DNA from: Macrostomum lignano
Taxonomy: Eukaryota
Assembly (NCBI GenBank): GCA_002269645.1
Contig: NIVC01001182.1
Coordinates: forward strand, 279,337 to 343,336
Length of the DNA stretch: 64,000 nt
Direction of reading: 5' to 3'
Below, in pieces: positions 36,301-48,100 of the stretch; position 1 is the first letter of the stretch; every line of letters starts with the position of its first letter. Below the pieces are notes generated by a model, which worked only from the letters and a program-made list of their open reading frames with translations, ran no database searches and was not told where the DNA came from. The position numbers and the translations under genes are program-made.

Positions 36301-37441
36301 GTGCACTGTTACATTCATATGCGAACGTTATTGGGGCTAAAAATTAGCTTGCATTTATATTTTCAGCTAGTACACATTATAACACTGCTTTAAGCTGCTA
36401 AAGGATACAAATGTGCATAGACTTTTGATGTACTTTTGTGTACAGCGGCCCTTTGACTTTCTAATGGTCAGGGATGTACACTCTTCGTGCCCTCAAGCTG
36501 GGCCGTTAATTGCACGAGCAGAGCCAAGCCGAGATTCCAATTTAGAAGCCAGATCACTGGGCTAACGGCACCCTCACTTTGTTATTTGTAGATGAATTAA
36601 AGTTTTTAATTATAAAATTTGATAAATATAAATTTGACTGGTACAATTAAGCTTTAAAACGATTTCTTAAACAAAGTGCAAACAGATCAAAAAGCTTACC
36701 ACAACCGAGCAAGTATAATAAATTCATTAATCAAATGCTTTAATTAAATAATAACTAATAAAAAGTAATCAAACATGTTCAATAACACCAAGCTACTGAT
36801 TTTGGAGAATTCTCAGTCTTATTAACAAAGATTTTTTATTACAAAGTTTTACTTGCCATCTATCAAATATCTGTACAGATGGGCAGCAGCACGCACACAC
36901 AAATCTTTAGAACTTACCCTCGATCATAAAGATCAATATTATGAAATCTGTCTAGTTCAACGAGCAATTGAAGGCTCAGATGACAGTGAGACATTATTTA
37001 GTTTGCAAACTCTTAAATTTGGTGAATAGGGAAGGGGGAGAAATGGAAAATATAAATGATTAACATGAACATTGAATCTCAATTTTTGTTTCAGAAACAA
37101 GCTATTCTTATTAGAAAACTTCTATTACTTTTTGTAGTAGGGTAATAGTTTTAAAGAATAACACTGATTTGCTTTTACACTACTGGTAGTAGTTTTAGTT
37201 ACGGAAATGTCAAAGATAGGTTAATTGAGGAATTGTGGGATTTGTGGAATTGTGGTAGTTGGGCTTGCAAGGAATACTTTTCTAGACTAGACCAAAGCAA
37301 CCATAGCATATGTATTAAGGTATGTGCATAACTAGAAAATATATATTTTGTAAAAAATACTTACCCTCTGCGATATAAATCAATATTGTGAAAGCGATTA
37401 AGCTCTATTAAAATGTTAATTGATGACTGCAGAACTGACAT
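23770..37441 (-). CDS. FAM135: FAM135-family protein (N-terminal FAM135 domain plus C-terminal DUF676 alpha/beta-hydrolase), about 1,100 aa, 9 exons
   Basis: Exons: first exon 36918-36994 or 37365-37441; then 34419-34749, 33429-33751, 30249-30381, 29363-29531, 27401-27903, 26452-27087, 25020-25909, 23770-24013 (sum 3306 nt, divisible by 3). Motifs [14 protein letters not shown]|[82 protein letters not shown]. Confidence 0.9.
24100..24970. repeat. 32-bp intronic minisatellite with an inverted block
   Basis: ATTAGTACATAATCGATGGGATTAGTGTGCAC units; inverted copies at 24246-24322. Confidence 0.92.
25970..26330. repeat. 21-bp intronic minisatellite
   Basis: GAAACTTGAAAATGGCATTTC units. Confidence 0.92.
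27225..27362. repeat. Short intronic repeat (about 20 bp)
   Basis: AAGCTACAAAAATGGCATCT units. Confidence 0.8.
28070..28410. repeat. 7-bp (AGATCCY) intronic repeat
   Basis: Direct reading. Confidence 0.88.
28935..29024 (+). mobile_element. Truncated copy of the same SINE
   Basis: GACACCTAACTCTGCACTGATTCAGTTCACCCAGCTGTAAAATGGGTGCCAGC...TTAGCTGGGGTAATTGAGGGTGTG nearly matches 34927-35010. Confidence 0.75.
29570..30110. repeat. About 30-bp intronic minisatellite
   Basis: CCTGCAACTGAGGATCTGGGAGGCTGTGTC units. Confidence 0.92.
30840..31790. repeat. 16-bp intronic minisatellite
   Basis: ACAATTCACAAACTGG units. Confidence 0.95.
32870..33410. repeat. (ACAG)n microsatellite with about 60-bp higher-order unit
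   Basis: ACAG runs punctuated by GAGACAGGCATAGACAGACACAGACAGATAGACAGAAAG. Confidence 0.95.
33900..34210. repeat. 30-bp AT-rich intronic minisatellite
   Basis: ATATCGATAATTCTCATTTTAACATTTAAT units. Confidence 0.85.
34829..35145 (+). mobile_element. tRNA-derived SINE with CORE-like central domain and (ATT)n tail
   Basis: A box (CCTAGTGGTTAGAGCG), B box GGTTCGATTCCC at 34881. The segment TGTGTCCTTGAGCAAGACACTTAAC...CAGCTGTAAAAATGGG resembles the CORE/MIR consensus. ATT repeat tail at 35121-35145. Confidence 0.8.
36918..36994 (-). CDS. FAM135: FAM135 alternative first coding exon A ([26 protein letters not shown])
   Basis: ATG at 36994, 77 nt, ends GG|GTAAGT; phase 2 matches the exon starting at 34749. 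Confidence 0.85.
37365..37441 (-). CDS. FAM135: FAM135 alternative first coding exon B ([26 protein letters not shown])
   Basis: ATG at 37441, 77 nt, ends GG|GTAAGT; same length and phase as exon A; preceded by a TTCCAG acceptor-like site. Confidence 0.82.
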
Positions 37442-40179
37442 TATCAATAATTGACATCTGGAATGGAGTTTAATGCAATGAAATATATACACAATGTTGT
37501 GGGGGCTCCTGGCTCTTTAAAAATCTGTCTTTTAGCCATATTATAGTTGTGATAAGTGTCTTCATCCTGGAAGGAAATTATAACTTTAGGTGCCCCTATA
37601 TTAGCATATATATTTTTGGACTCAGCAGTCTTAGCAATGTATGTATCTTTCACTATTGTATATAGTTATCCCCTGCTCAAATCTCTATACTGAAACTTTC
37701 TCCAAGTCTGAATGTCACAGAGATCAGAGGGTCACAGTACAAAAATAGCACTAGCTCTAGCCAATGCCTCACAAAAGCAAAGACAAGTAGAGCTATAGAT
37801 CTAGAATTGCAACTGATTCTGCTATAGTTTATTATTGTTTCCCTTGCACACATTTTTTGCGGGAAATGATTTCAAATAAAGTTTTACTAGACTATACACT
37901 ATCTAACTCTAACTATTGCACTAGTTGAATCGATGATAGAGAAGAACAGCATGTTTCACATTGTGAAATTCCTGAATCTATGAATGTCAAAATCCTATCT
38001 GACTGGAGGAAGTCAACTAATCCAACTATCAGGGACTTTGTGAAGAAAATAACAGCAATATCTTCAAAATGTCTTGAAGTTACAAGCAAGTCTAAGAATA
38101 AATATGAATCAACATCTAAGGAGAATATTGGGCTAGTTGATAATGAAGCTATTGCTACAACATTGACTTGTGAGAATAATATCCTGATGAATGTGGGTGC
38201 CAAAGATATCAGGTTTTTCAATTTTCAGCAAGACTTGCAAGAGCTAAGAGCCCATAATACTAACTGTAGCACTATCAGACATACTACATAGCAGCAGTAG
38301 CTTATGTAGAAAGGCAAAATAAAAATAAAAATTCTCTTTTTTGTGCAATATGCAGAGCTGCTATGCACCCATGATAAAATTTAACTTGTGCAACTGCATG
38401 CCTAGAGCAATGTTCAATAGCATGCCAGAGTTCTTTAGCTATGAAGATTCTTTAGCTTTAGCTATCATAGACCTCTATAGTTTATCCAATGCTTCTATCC
38501 AAACTAACCATAGCCACAAACCTGAATTTGCTATCACTTCTAGTGTTGTAAATAATGACATCTCCTTATTTCTATTTGTTGTCACAGAGATCAAGATTGA
38601 CTACATTATATGGCTTAGCTTTGCATAGCAAAGAAAGCTATAAAATAATGCCTTGCTATAGCTCCTTTTTTTCAAGTGTTAATCTGATTTACTTGTCTAT
38701 ACTAACAACTTGGCACTAATTTGCTGGAGCCCCAAAGCTATGCAGCTAGCTAGATAGCTAGTTAAGAAGTTTTGAAAGTTTTAAATATTAACTATAAGCT
38801 ACACAAAGTTATTATATGCTAGCATGCCACTTACATTCTACTATTTTCTAGAATATCATTGCCTTATGCTTTATTTAATCAATTCAAATATCTAAGCATC
38901 CTAGTCACTGACTTAGAAGCCATTGTCATTATAGCCTAGGTAAAGGTTGCTTTATTGCACTTAGCAATTTAAGACTGCTAACCTATAGGTTGAAGGCTAT
39001 TCCAATAATGGCCACTTCCAAGGTAAGCTTGGACTTGGAGACCTGCAATCACCATTTACATTATACCCTTGAGGCATTATTTTATAAGCACCTGTTCAAA
39101 GCACTAATCAGTTACTATAGTCAAGGTGTATATAGTATATAATACAATGTAATTATAGATCATAGGCCTAGAATATAGAGGTCCCTGACATATATGGCAT
39201 ATAGCTTTTTCGGTATAAGTCAAATGCATTCTGAGGATTATATAAATTTTATTATTAAGTATATAATTTTTTGCTAATCAAACTTCTAGTTATTTCTTTA
39301 ATTTTTATTTGACAATGCTTATTATAACAAAGTATATACATTTACATATATAAATATAAAAGTGTAACAAATAAATCATCTTCCAAAACTTTATAGTTTA
39401 TTCTAATACATAATTTGCCACTTTCTTTTTAATTGATTATCTAGATAGTCATTATTTACATGCACATATAGCTGATGCATGGTTATTATATCTGCTGTAT
39501 TTCAGCCTAGATGGAATGTTGTATAGCCTAGTACTAGTATAGCCTGCCGCAACAACTTGTAAAGCTAATTTTTATAATAACATATAAGTTATTTATATAT
39601 AAAGACTTCTAAAAACTTAAGTTATAATCAGAGAGCTATAATATCTCTACTTTTTAGTGCCCTACATTTTGGTACCAAATTTTGCTTTTGGTGCCAGGCT
39701 ATTTTAGGATGTCAAAATACAAAAAATAATCTTGAAAGTATATTAATAAATGAATTATAACACTTTTTATTTACCTAACAAAATCATTACTCATTTTTTG
39801 AACAAGTAGGCTTTTTAATTTTGGATAATCTTATTTTATGAAATTCCATTTAGTCATATTATAAAACATGCATTAACTTAACTTTTTTAAGCCTAGTATT
39901 CAATAATTTGAATTTAAATTCATACAAGCTGTTGAAACCCGCGGATTTTGAACCCGGGGAATTCCAATACCCGGAACTACTTTTGCATGTATTCTGAAAT
40001 CTAAGGTCATACACAAACAAAAACTTGTTAATAGTTAGTAGGATAGAGGTAGACATAAAATGGACACATTTGTGTAAAAATTGGATTTGAAGCAAACATT
40101 GATATTGTTGGCTGGGGTACTTCACAGAATGTCAGGCAATGTCTGTCTGACTCTAAAACATGTATTGCTAAACTCTGGC

Positions 40180-41040
40180 CTCTCCCTGACTCTCCCTACG
40201 TCCCTTGGATCCTTTAAAATTTCTATCGTCTCTTTGTTTCCTCTCATCTCTCTCGTCCCTCGTCTCTCCTCTCTCCCCTCTTCTCTCGTATCTTCCCTCA
40301 TCTCTCTTCTCTTTCATCTCTCTTATCTCATCTCTTGTTTTTTCTTTTTTCTCCCCTCTCCTCTCTCCTCTCTACTTTTTCATTTTCTCTCTCCTCTCCT
40401 CTCTCCTCACTCACTTCTCTACCTTTGTCTCTCCTCTCTCCTCTCGTCTCTGTAACCTCTCCTCTGTTCTCTCTACTCTCCCATCTTTTATCTGTTCACT
40501 CTTGTCTCTGCTCTCTCATCCCTGAGTAACCTCTCTCATCTGTCTTATATGTTCTTTCACCTCTCTCCTCTGTACTCTTTTCTTTCCCCTCTTTTGACTC
40601 CTCACTTTCCTTTCTCCTTTCTTCTTTTCTCTTTTTTTCCCTTTTCTATACTCTGTCTCCCTCTCTTCTCTCACTCCACTTTCCTCTCTCCATTATCTCT
40701 CATCTCTCATTTCTCATCTCTCCTTCTACCTCTCTCATCTCTACAACCTTAGAGATGTAGAGATGTATCTTTATCTCTCCTCTCTTCCCTCTACTCTCTC
40801 ATCTCTTCTTTCACCTCTTTCCTCTCTGCTCTCCTCTCTGCTGTCTCCTCTCTCCTCTCATCTGCAGCTCTCTGCTCTCTTATCTCTACTCTCTCCTCTC
40901 GCTTTTCCTCTCTCCCCTCTTCTCCCCCTCTCTCTCATCATCCTCACCCCCTCATCTCTCCTATTATATTTTATCTTTTCTTTTATCCCCTCTGTCGCCT
41001 CTCCTCTTCGAATCGTCTATTCCTTCTTCTTTCCACTCTC
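40180..41040. repeat. CT-rich low-complexity tract
   Basis: Direct reading. Confidence 0.9.
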
Positions 41041-41059
41041 ATCTGCCCCTCAGCCATGA

Positions 41060-41106
41060 GCTGGATTCTTTATCTGGCCTTTGAGGTAAAAGTCTGCCCA
41101 TCCCTG
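41060..41106 (-). mobile_element. hAT-Charlie-like terminus (fragment)
   Basis: Minus strand CAGGGATGGGCAGACTTTTACCTCAAAGGCCAGATA resembles Charlie/MER58-type ends (CAGGGGTCGGCAAAC...AAGGGCCAGATA). Partner end not seen. Confidence 0.5.
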
Positions 41107-42139
41107 CTTGGAAAGCCAGTTTGTGGGACGTAGTACTCTCATGGTTGTTCTCATGCTTTGATCACGTCATCTTTCTTGCCAATTTGCAGCCCTGAAAGGA
41201 ATTTGTGTATCTTCAGCTCCACTGCAGTCTGCATCAGTCTAACAACCAAGGAAATACGCAGTTCTTAGGAGGCCATTTAATATTTACACAGTACCTTTAA
41301 AAGAAACCTAAAATTTCCATGGTGTGCCTAATTTAGTAGGGTTGTATTGCATTGTATCGCATCGCCTTTTCATAAATCTTTCGCTTTTACAAACCATGCT
41401 GGATAGTGGATTCCCTCAATTTGCTAATTGCCAATTGCCATCCAGTGTTAAACTGCTGCAGCTGCAGGTGCAGAGTTTGCCAATACAGAGGGGAGGGCAG
41501 TGGTTAGAATTTCTCACTTAACTGTCATGGCTAAACGTAGCTCTCCACTCTCGGGGTGCAGAGAAGGCTATAAATAAAGTTATTCCAAAACACTGTACAT
41601 TTGCTATGTACATTCAGTCCTATCGCCTGACCCTTCGTCTGGCTCTGGGGGAATGAGTGAGTGAGTGGCACAAACAACAGAAAAAGCAGACAAACTTCAC
41701 ATGTTTACAGTTTCTGTTCTGATTGAGTTACAGAGTTGAAACTTTATATTTAGACAGAGAATGAGTCAATGAAGAATTGTGTCAAGTTTGAAGTCAATCA
41801 CTTTATTTGGAGCAAACTTATGGCAGCTGAAAGTTAGTCAATTTTGAAACCCTTTTACACATCTGGGCCCAGATCGGTATCGGGAAAGAGAGGCAGGTGG
41901 GCAGAGGTTGGGGTGGTTGCTATGCTGAAAAAAACAGCCTAACTTTAAAAGTGCACAGCATCGCTCAGGATTAACTTTGAGACTCGAAATTTTACACGAT
42001 TGTGTCAAAATAGTTGAAAATTGATTGTGTCAAATTTGAAGAGGATCGGTAGAAGTGGAGCGGCGCTAAGGAGGCTTTAGTAAAAAAATCGCGCATTTTG
42101 AGCAGTTTTTTGCACTTTTAGGTAGGAAGACTCAAATTT

Positions 42140-42296
42140 AGGAAATTTAAAGGTAGCCTAAGACATTCTCCGTAGTGAGTTTAGGGTGGGTGTAAAATTT
42201 GGTGTCATTTGGTTGAGCAGTTTGGGAGTCCATAGCGATCAAAATTGTCCACACACAGACAGACACACACAGAGTTTTGATTTTTATATGTAGAGA
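42140..42296 (-). mobile_element. Helitron-like non-autonomous element, 5' end
   Basis: Minus strand A|TCTCTACATATAAAAATC...(TG/TCTG)n...ACTCCCAAACTGCTCAACCAAATGACACCAAATTT resembles invertebrate non-autonomous Helitron 5' ends. No 3' hairpin or CTAG found. Confidence 0.5.
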
Positions 42297-42533
42297 TAAA
42301 TTTAACTCTATTAAAGTTGCTTTAAAGTATATAATAAAGATATAATATATCTTTGAATATATCAAAATCAAGAAATAACACAAGAATTTATTTTAATGAA
42401 ATGAGAACATACATATGCAACCTCCAAAATTCGGTCAGCCGTGCGACTTAGGTTTAACAAAAATGCAACATAGTTTTTGGTCAAAAATGCTACTTACATG
42501 TAAAAAACCCTAAAGCAAAATTAACGCAACTTT

Positions 42534-42705
42534 GGGTAAACGGCAGGCGTAACTATGACTGTCTTTTTAGGCCAAAATGCCTCGTCAGCTACTTAGTACT
42601 ACTATGTATTTTGGGTGGGCATTTTTTTAACTTCCTTGGTTGGCTGCCAAATCGGTCAGCCAGATTGGCCAGCTTGGCTGACTGTTGCGCATGTATGAAT
42701 GAGAA
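42534..42705 (+). pseudogene. Degenerate 28S (LSU) rRNA-like fragment (helix 69-71 region) with an 82-bp insertion
   Basis: GGGTAAACGGCAGGCGTAACTATGACTGTCTT...GCCAAAATGCCTCGTCAGCTACTTAGT versus the conserved eukaryotic GGGTAAACGGCGGGAGTAACTATGACTCTCTTAAGGTAGCCAAATGCCTCGTCATCTAATTAGT. Weak resumption GAC...GCGCATG..TGAATG at 42680. Confidence 0.55.
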
Positions 42706-43465
42706 TAAATCAAATTAAAAAGCACCTGAGAAAAAATAAATACTTTAGTTATTTAAAAAAATATATATTGCAAGGCATTTATTTTTAGATTAGAGCCAAT
42801 ATTTTGATTTTAACATTTAAAATGAAATAAATATAATATTGTAATATAATTAAGGCATTGAAGAGTAAAGTATGATAAAAAATATCTGGTACTAAACTAA
42901 AAATATAGATGCTTCAATATATATAGAGGACATTAAGCCCTTACTCTCAAACCTAATTGCTTAATTTACCCTAGGTTTATATATAGAAGACTTTGCCAAA
43001 GCTAAGCTCATAATACCATTTTAATACTTTTTGACTTGTCAAGCTCTATGCCTTACAAGGCTAGACTTGGCTATTTTCTATTAGGAATGTTTTATACAGG
43101 CTAACAGCCCTATAGGCCATAAGCCTATATACTAACATTGGTTTGATTTATAAAGATAAACTGCTACAAATACAATGCCTTTTACATCTAAAGCTAAATA
43201 GACTGATTGATCAACTAGCCAACTAGGTTTAATGTGTAATTTCTCCAAGATAGCTGCCAACTTGGATTGTGTATTAGAGGGGTAAATGACATGTGTTTGG
43301 CTTTTTAAAACCCCATGTTAGGGATGCAATTCAATTTTAATGATTCACCTGGAATAAGAGGTTTGGGCTATTTGTACATTAGCAATATACAGTATAAACA
43401 AAGGCTATAGATAGCTAGGACTGTATTGAGATTCAATTGGTTTTATTATTAGTGCCTTAGAATAA

Positions 43466-44252
43466 GGCTCATTCCATATAAGCATGGTCGTAACATGACA
43501 GGTTATTTTTACTTATAAAATGAAATCTAATAATAGAATATACTAAACCAATATTTTAAATAAAAGATTATTTTGTCTAGAATATATTTATAGAGTTTCA
43601 TATAGATATCATCATTAGTATAGATGCTATTAAACCTTAAATGACACTTATGGTCGTAACGACAGGATTTTTGACATATAGAAACTAAAAGGTAAAAGTC
43701 TTATAACATTTTTCATTTTTGATATTTTGCAATACATTTTTAAAATTTGACTAAGAACATCTTTAGAAATCATACTCTTTTATTAGAATATATAAACTCA
43801 AAAGGCAACAAAGATACAAAAGAAAAGGCAGCCTTATGGTCGTAACATTATGGTCGTAACATATTTTTTTCTGTCAATTCAGTAACTTTGAGGTACTAAT
43901 ACATTAAAAATATAATAGATTATTTGGTCACCAATGCTTTTATCTGATGATGCAAGTACTATACTTTTATCTATAGTTTGTTTCAACCTTCAAAAGCTTT
44001 CTATTTGTTTTTAAAAGGTACAAAATCTTAATGATGTCTTTTGCTTCGAAAAATGTCCAAATTTTTACGAAAATGACTTTTTGCCAATTGATAACATACT
44101 AATCCAACATTTTACCATTCCTTTATTCTTAGATTGTATATATTGCACAATATAAACATTTGGTAAAAAAAATAGGCTAATTAGGCAATGGCAAGCAAAA
44201 ATATTGACTTTTTTCTATTTTCCAAATATGTCCATCTTATATGGAATGAGCC
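43466..44252. mobile_element. Non-autonomous DNA transposon (MITE), 787 bp, 17-bp perfect TIR, ATAA target-site duplication
   Basis: TIR GGCTCATTCCATATAAG / CTTATATGGAATGAGCC; ATAA at 43462-43465 and 44253-44256; internal repeated motif ATGGTCGTAAC (4 copies). Confidence 0.8.
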
Positions 44253-44280
44253 ATAAGCAGTTACTGTGTATAAGCTAGGC

Positions 44281-44330
44281 CAGTGGTTCTCAACCCAGTG
44301 GGGTCATGTGACCATTTCTGAGGGTCACAG
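44281..44330 (+). mobile_element. hAT-Charlie-like terminus (fragment)
   Basis: CAGTGGTTCTCAACC preceded by AGCTAGGC (CTAG-centred 8-mer typical of Charlie targets). Partner end not seen. Confidence 0.5.
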
Positions 44331-44514
44331 TACTAAGAGTATGAGTACATGACACTTAATGATTGAATCAAATTTTTATCCATCACTATTTTTATAGATT
44401 TTAATTTCACAGCATCTTGATTGACTAAAATTTGATAGAGATAATATTTATTAAATTGATGGATCATTTTATCAGTTTAATGGAAAGGATTTTGATCTCA
44501 TGGATATCTGTTTT

Positions 44515-45160
44515 ATGAAAAGAATGAAAAGGTCAAATAAATGAAAATAGAAAAAGAAAAAGAAAAAGAGATAAAATATTTAATAAAAGAGAATATAAGA
44601 ATAGAAAATGAAAGGAAGAGGGTAGAAAGAAAAGAATAGATAATAAAAACAAGAGAAGAAATGAGGTAGTTAAAAAGAGTAAAGGAGAGAGAAAAGAGAC
44701 AAAAGAGATAAGAAGAGAGATGATGCAATAGAGAATATATAGATAAAAAGAGAAATAAGAGAACAGAAAGGAAAACAAAGATAAGAGAGAAAAGATAAAT
44801 GATGAACAAGGAAAAAGTAAAAAAGAAAGAAAAGAGAATAAAGAGGACAAAGTAGAGTCAAGAGAAAAGATAAGAAAGATGAGAGCCCTGAAAGTAGAGA
44901 TGAGACTATAGAGAGGAAAGGAGAGATAAGGGAAAAGAAAGAAGAGAAGATAAAAAGAATATAGACACAAAGAAGAGATAAAAGAATAAAGAAAAAATAT
45001 GATAAGAAAGAAAAAAGATAAAAAAGGAAAGAGAAAAAATGAGAGAGTAAAGGAAAAACTTGAAGAAAGAAGAGAATAGAGATAAAAGAAAAGAGATAAG
45101 AACAGAGAGGAGAGTAGAAATAGATAGAGCAAAAAGAAGAAAGGAGATAGGAGTTGGAGA
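44515..45160. repeat. AG-rich low-complexity tract
   Basis: Direct reading. Confidence 0.9.
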
Positions 45161-48100
45161 AAGTCTTAATCTAGATAAAAGGGTCATGGGATCCCACAAG
45201 TATCCCACTCTGAATCATATAGTATGATTCAGTGCCTAAAACATGCCTAAAACATGCCAATAGTGCCTAAAAAATTAGGAGTGCATTGGCCTTGCATACC
45301 AAAAGTAGACATGCACAATTGGCATGTATCACTCCTAAGAAAATAGTAGGCCTATATATACACTTGGCATGTACTTTAAAAAATAACTATATAAAATCAT
45401 ATGCACTATAGAAAAAGTGACTGTGAAGTAGAAAAAGATGAAAAAAAGTTTATTTTTAGCATAAAATTGCAAGCTTTCTAGTTTTTTAGCTTGTAATAAA
45501 GCATTTAAACAAATCTTCGCATGTATTAATTTTTCTACTATGAATAGCATTGCAAAAAAATCACAAAAATCAACTAAATTATTAGCCAAAATGGGGTCCA
45601 TTATGCAATTCAAAAAGGTAATTTATTATCAAATAGTGATGGACCAAATATAGATTTTTGCAAGTTTCTAAAACCAAATCTACAAAAAAATTCCGAATCC
45701 AAATCTGAATATCTAAATGTGTTTCCAAATGTAGACAAAAGTAAATGGTAAATCACAGGAATAACAATGACACCTTTTAGTGACAAAAATGCCGAGCTAA
45801 AATGCCACATACAGATGGCCACATACTAAGATGGCCATAGCTCTAAATGGCTACTTGGATAGAAATAGGTCTATATATTTCCTTATTTCCTATTGACTGT
45901 GATTGGGATAGGGTAGGCCTATGACCTAGCTTCAAGTCTCTTTCATCTCTACCCTCTCCTTTTATCTGCTTATCTTATTGTAACCATTTTTGTCTCTAAC
46001 CCTACAATATACTAGGCTTGATAAAATTTTGATTGCCTATCTAAACCTCCCATTGCAACCCTACATCTCCCCACCCAAAGCTATCCAATAGAAAACCAGT
46101 TGTCATTTTCTGTGACCCCTACCCTAGCTGTGGCCATCTTGGTGTGTGGCCATCTTGGTCTTACACCAATAAAATACTAGTTGACAATTTGACAAGGATC
46201 CTTATATCTAGCCTATATAATTCCTATTTGACTTACGCCTAGTATAGGCCTAAAAAGACAATAAAAGGATAAATTAGGGCCTGCTTTTTAAAATTGGTCA
46301 ATTAATAAAAAAGAAAATATTAAATTAAGGCCCTAACCTAAATAAATGTTTCTCTACACTTAGGCTTATATGGCCTAGGCCTATTGAAAAATTGATAAAG
46401 TGGCTAAAAAATTTTACTAACTCAACTTATTTTAAATAGGGCCTAGTTATTCAAGTTCAAGCTCAAGCAATACCATGATTTGCATAGTGTCTTAAAAAGT
46501 TTTAAACTATTCAATGCCCTTTTGGCTTTTGGCATTATTTTCTAAGTTTTGGTACAAAATACATATTTAAGCTTAAAATTAATTGATACTGTGTAGGCTA
46601 ACAGCATAATGGTTTTTGAAGAATGCCTTATTAAATAGCAAGGCTAAGCCTAGTGTTTTACTACTAGGCTAAATGATAGGCCTACAGTTTCAACATATAT
46701 ATTACCTAGTCCAGCCTCAACTGGGCTTCATTTTCATAATACTACAGTTCCATGGGACATAGTGGGCCTCTACAGATGGCATAGGCCCTAACTGTCAACT
46801 ACTCAACTCTAGCCAGCCAGCTCCAGCTGGTACTCCACTGACCAGTGGGCCCCACTTTTATTCTGCTACCACTGTGTATATAGTGTATACAACATAGATG
46901 TACACATGCAAAATAATGAATGAAAACAGTTAACTGCTAAAACAATGTAATTGGTTGCCTTGAGCACAATCCAATCAAACATTTGTCTGAGCAGCTAGGC
47001 GAAAATATGATTAGAAAGTGGTCGGTCACAGCCCACAGGCTTATGATGGGGTCGTTCTCAAAGTTTAGTCGTAAGCAGTGAAACAAATATTTTTGAAAAT
47101 CAGCCTGAAATATTGAATCTTTTCTTATTTTAGCTCTAAAAGGACTTAAAAAATATATGCCTCTCATGGGTCTTAATCTTTTTTAACATTGAACTTTTGA
47201 TGTTAATCTCATCAGAGTGCGCTATTTCATTTTTCGATATATATTTTTATTATCGCACGAGCTATAATACCCACTTTAGAGAAGCTACATTCTGTTCACG
47301 TGGTCTTATTAAAGAAGAAAATTGATAAATTTTATTTATAACTTTGGTTAACACAACCTAGAACCCATTTAACTCTTTCGATTGCAAAGCAGATGTTGCT
47401 ATTTCGATTTTTGCTAGAAACGTAACATTATGAATGATTAAAAAATGCACTTTTAATTAATTTGTTCTGTTGATAGAATAAGCTAATAGCTGCGTTTTCT
47501 GCTGTTTTTTTAAGAAAGATAGTCATATCTAACACTAAAGTATCAATTAAGGCAGTTTCATTCTATATTAAAAAAGAAAAGTTAAATAAATTCAATTTTA
47601 AGTTTTTTTCAATAGCACAAAATTAACCTAACAAAGAGAGATTTCGCTGACTACAACAAAGCAAGTAGCACCAAAGTTATTTTAATTTAAAGTCCTCATC
47701 TGTGGGATGAGAAAAAGTACCACTTTTTTGTCTCTAGTTATGAAAAAAAAATTTCTCAGCATATTGTTAGGTTTTTTGGATGTTTTTTATGTACGCTCGT
47801 ATTTAGATGAATTTTTGCTATTAATCACCCAATATGTTAGTCAGAACAAACAGAATTTCATTTATGTAGATAAAATTGACTATTTTTCTCTTAAAAACAG
47901 TCGTTTTTTGTTGTTTTCACACAATTTTTTTAACTGATTTAAAATTTGTATTGTAAGTTACAAGTAAACATAATGAGTCAAAACAAGAGGTAGTAGAAAC
48001 TGAAAAGAAAATAAGAGTAACGAATAATAAAAAAGTTGCATGATTTGATTAGTCAAGAAATAGTATAAAAACAATTTTGCATCTGATTTATTATCTATGA

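Noticed and set aside
37444-38628. Short ORFs (for example 37980-38291) as a decayed transposase
   Set aside because: Protein-like in composition but no DDE, zinc-finger or other diagnostic motif is recognisable.
41100-41260. Frame with two nearby TGA codons (KA*EQP*EYY) as mitochondrial-code or selenoprotein sequence
   Set aside because: Too short, with no recognisable homology or SECIS; it adjoins a transposon terminus.
40081-45208. Leu/Ser/Phe-rich ORFs as membrane proteins
   Set aside because: Translations of CT/AG low-complexity tracts.
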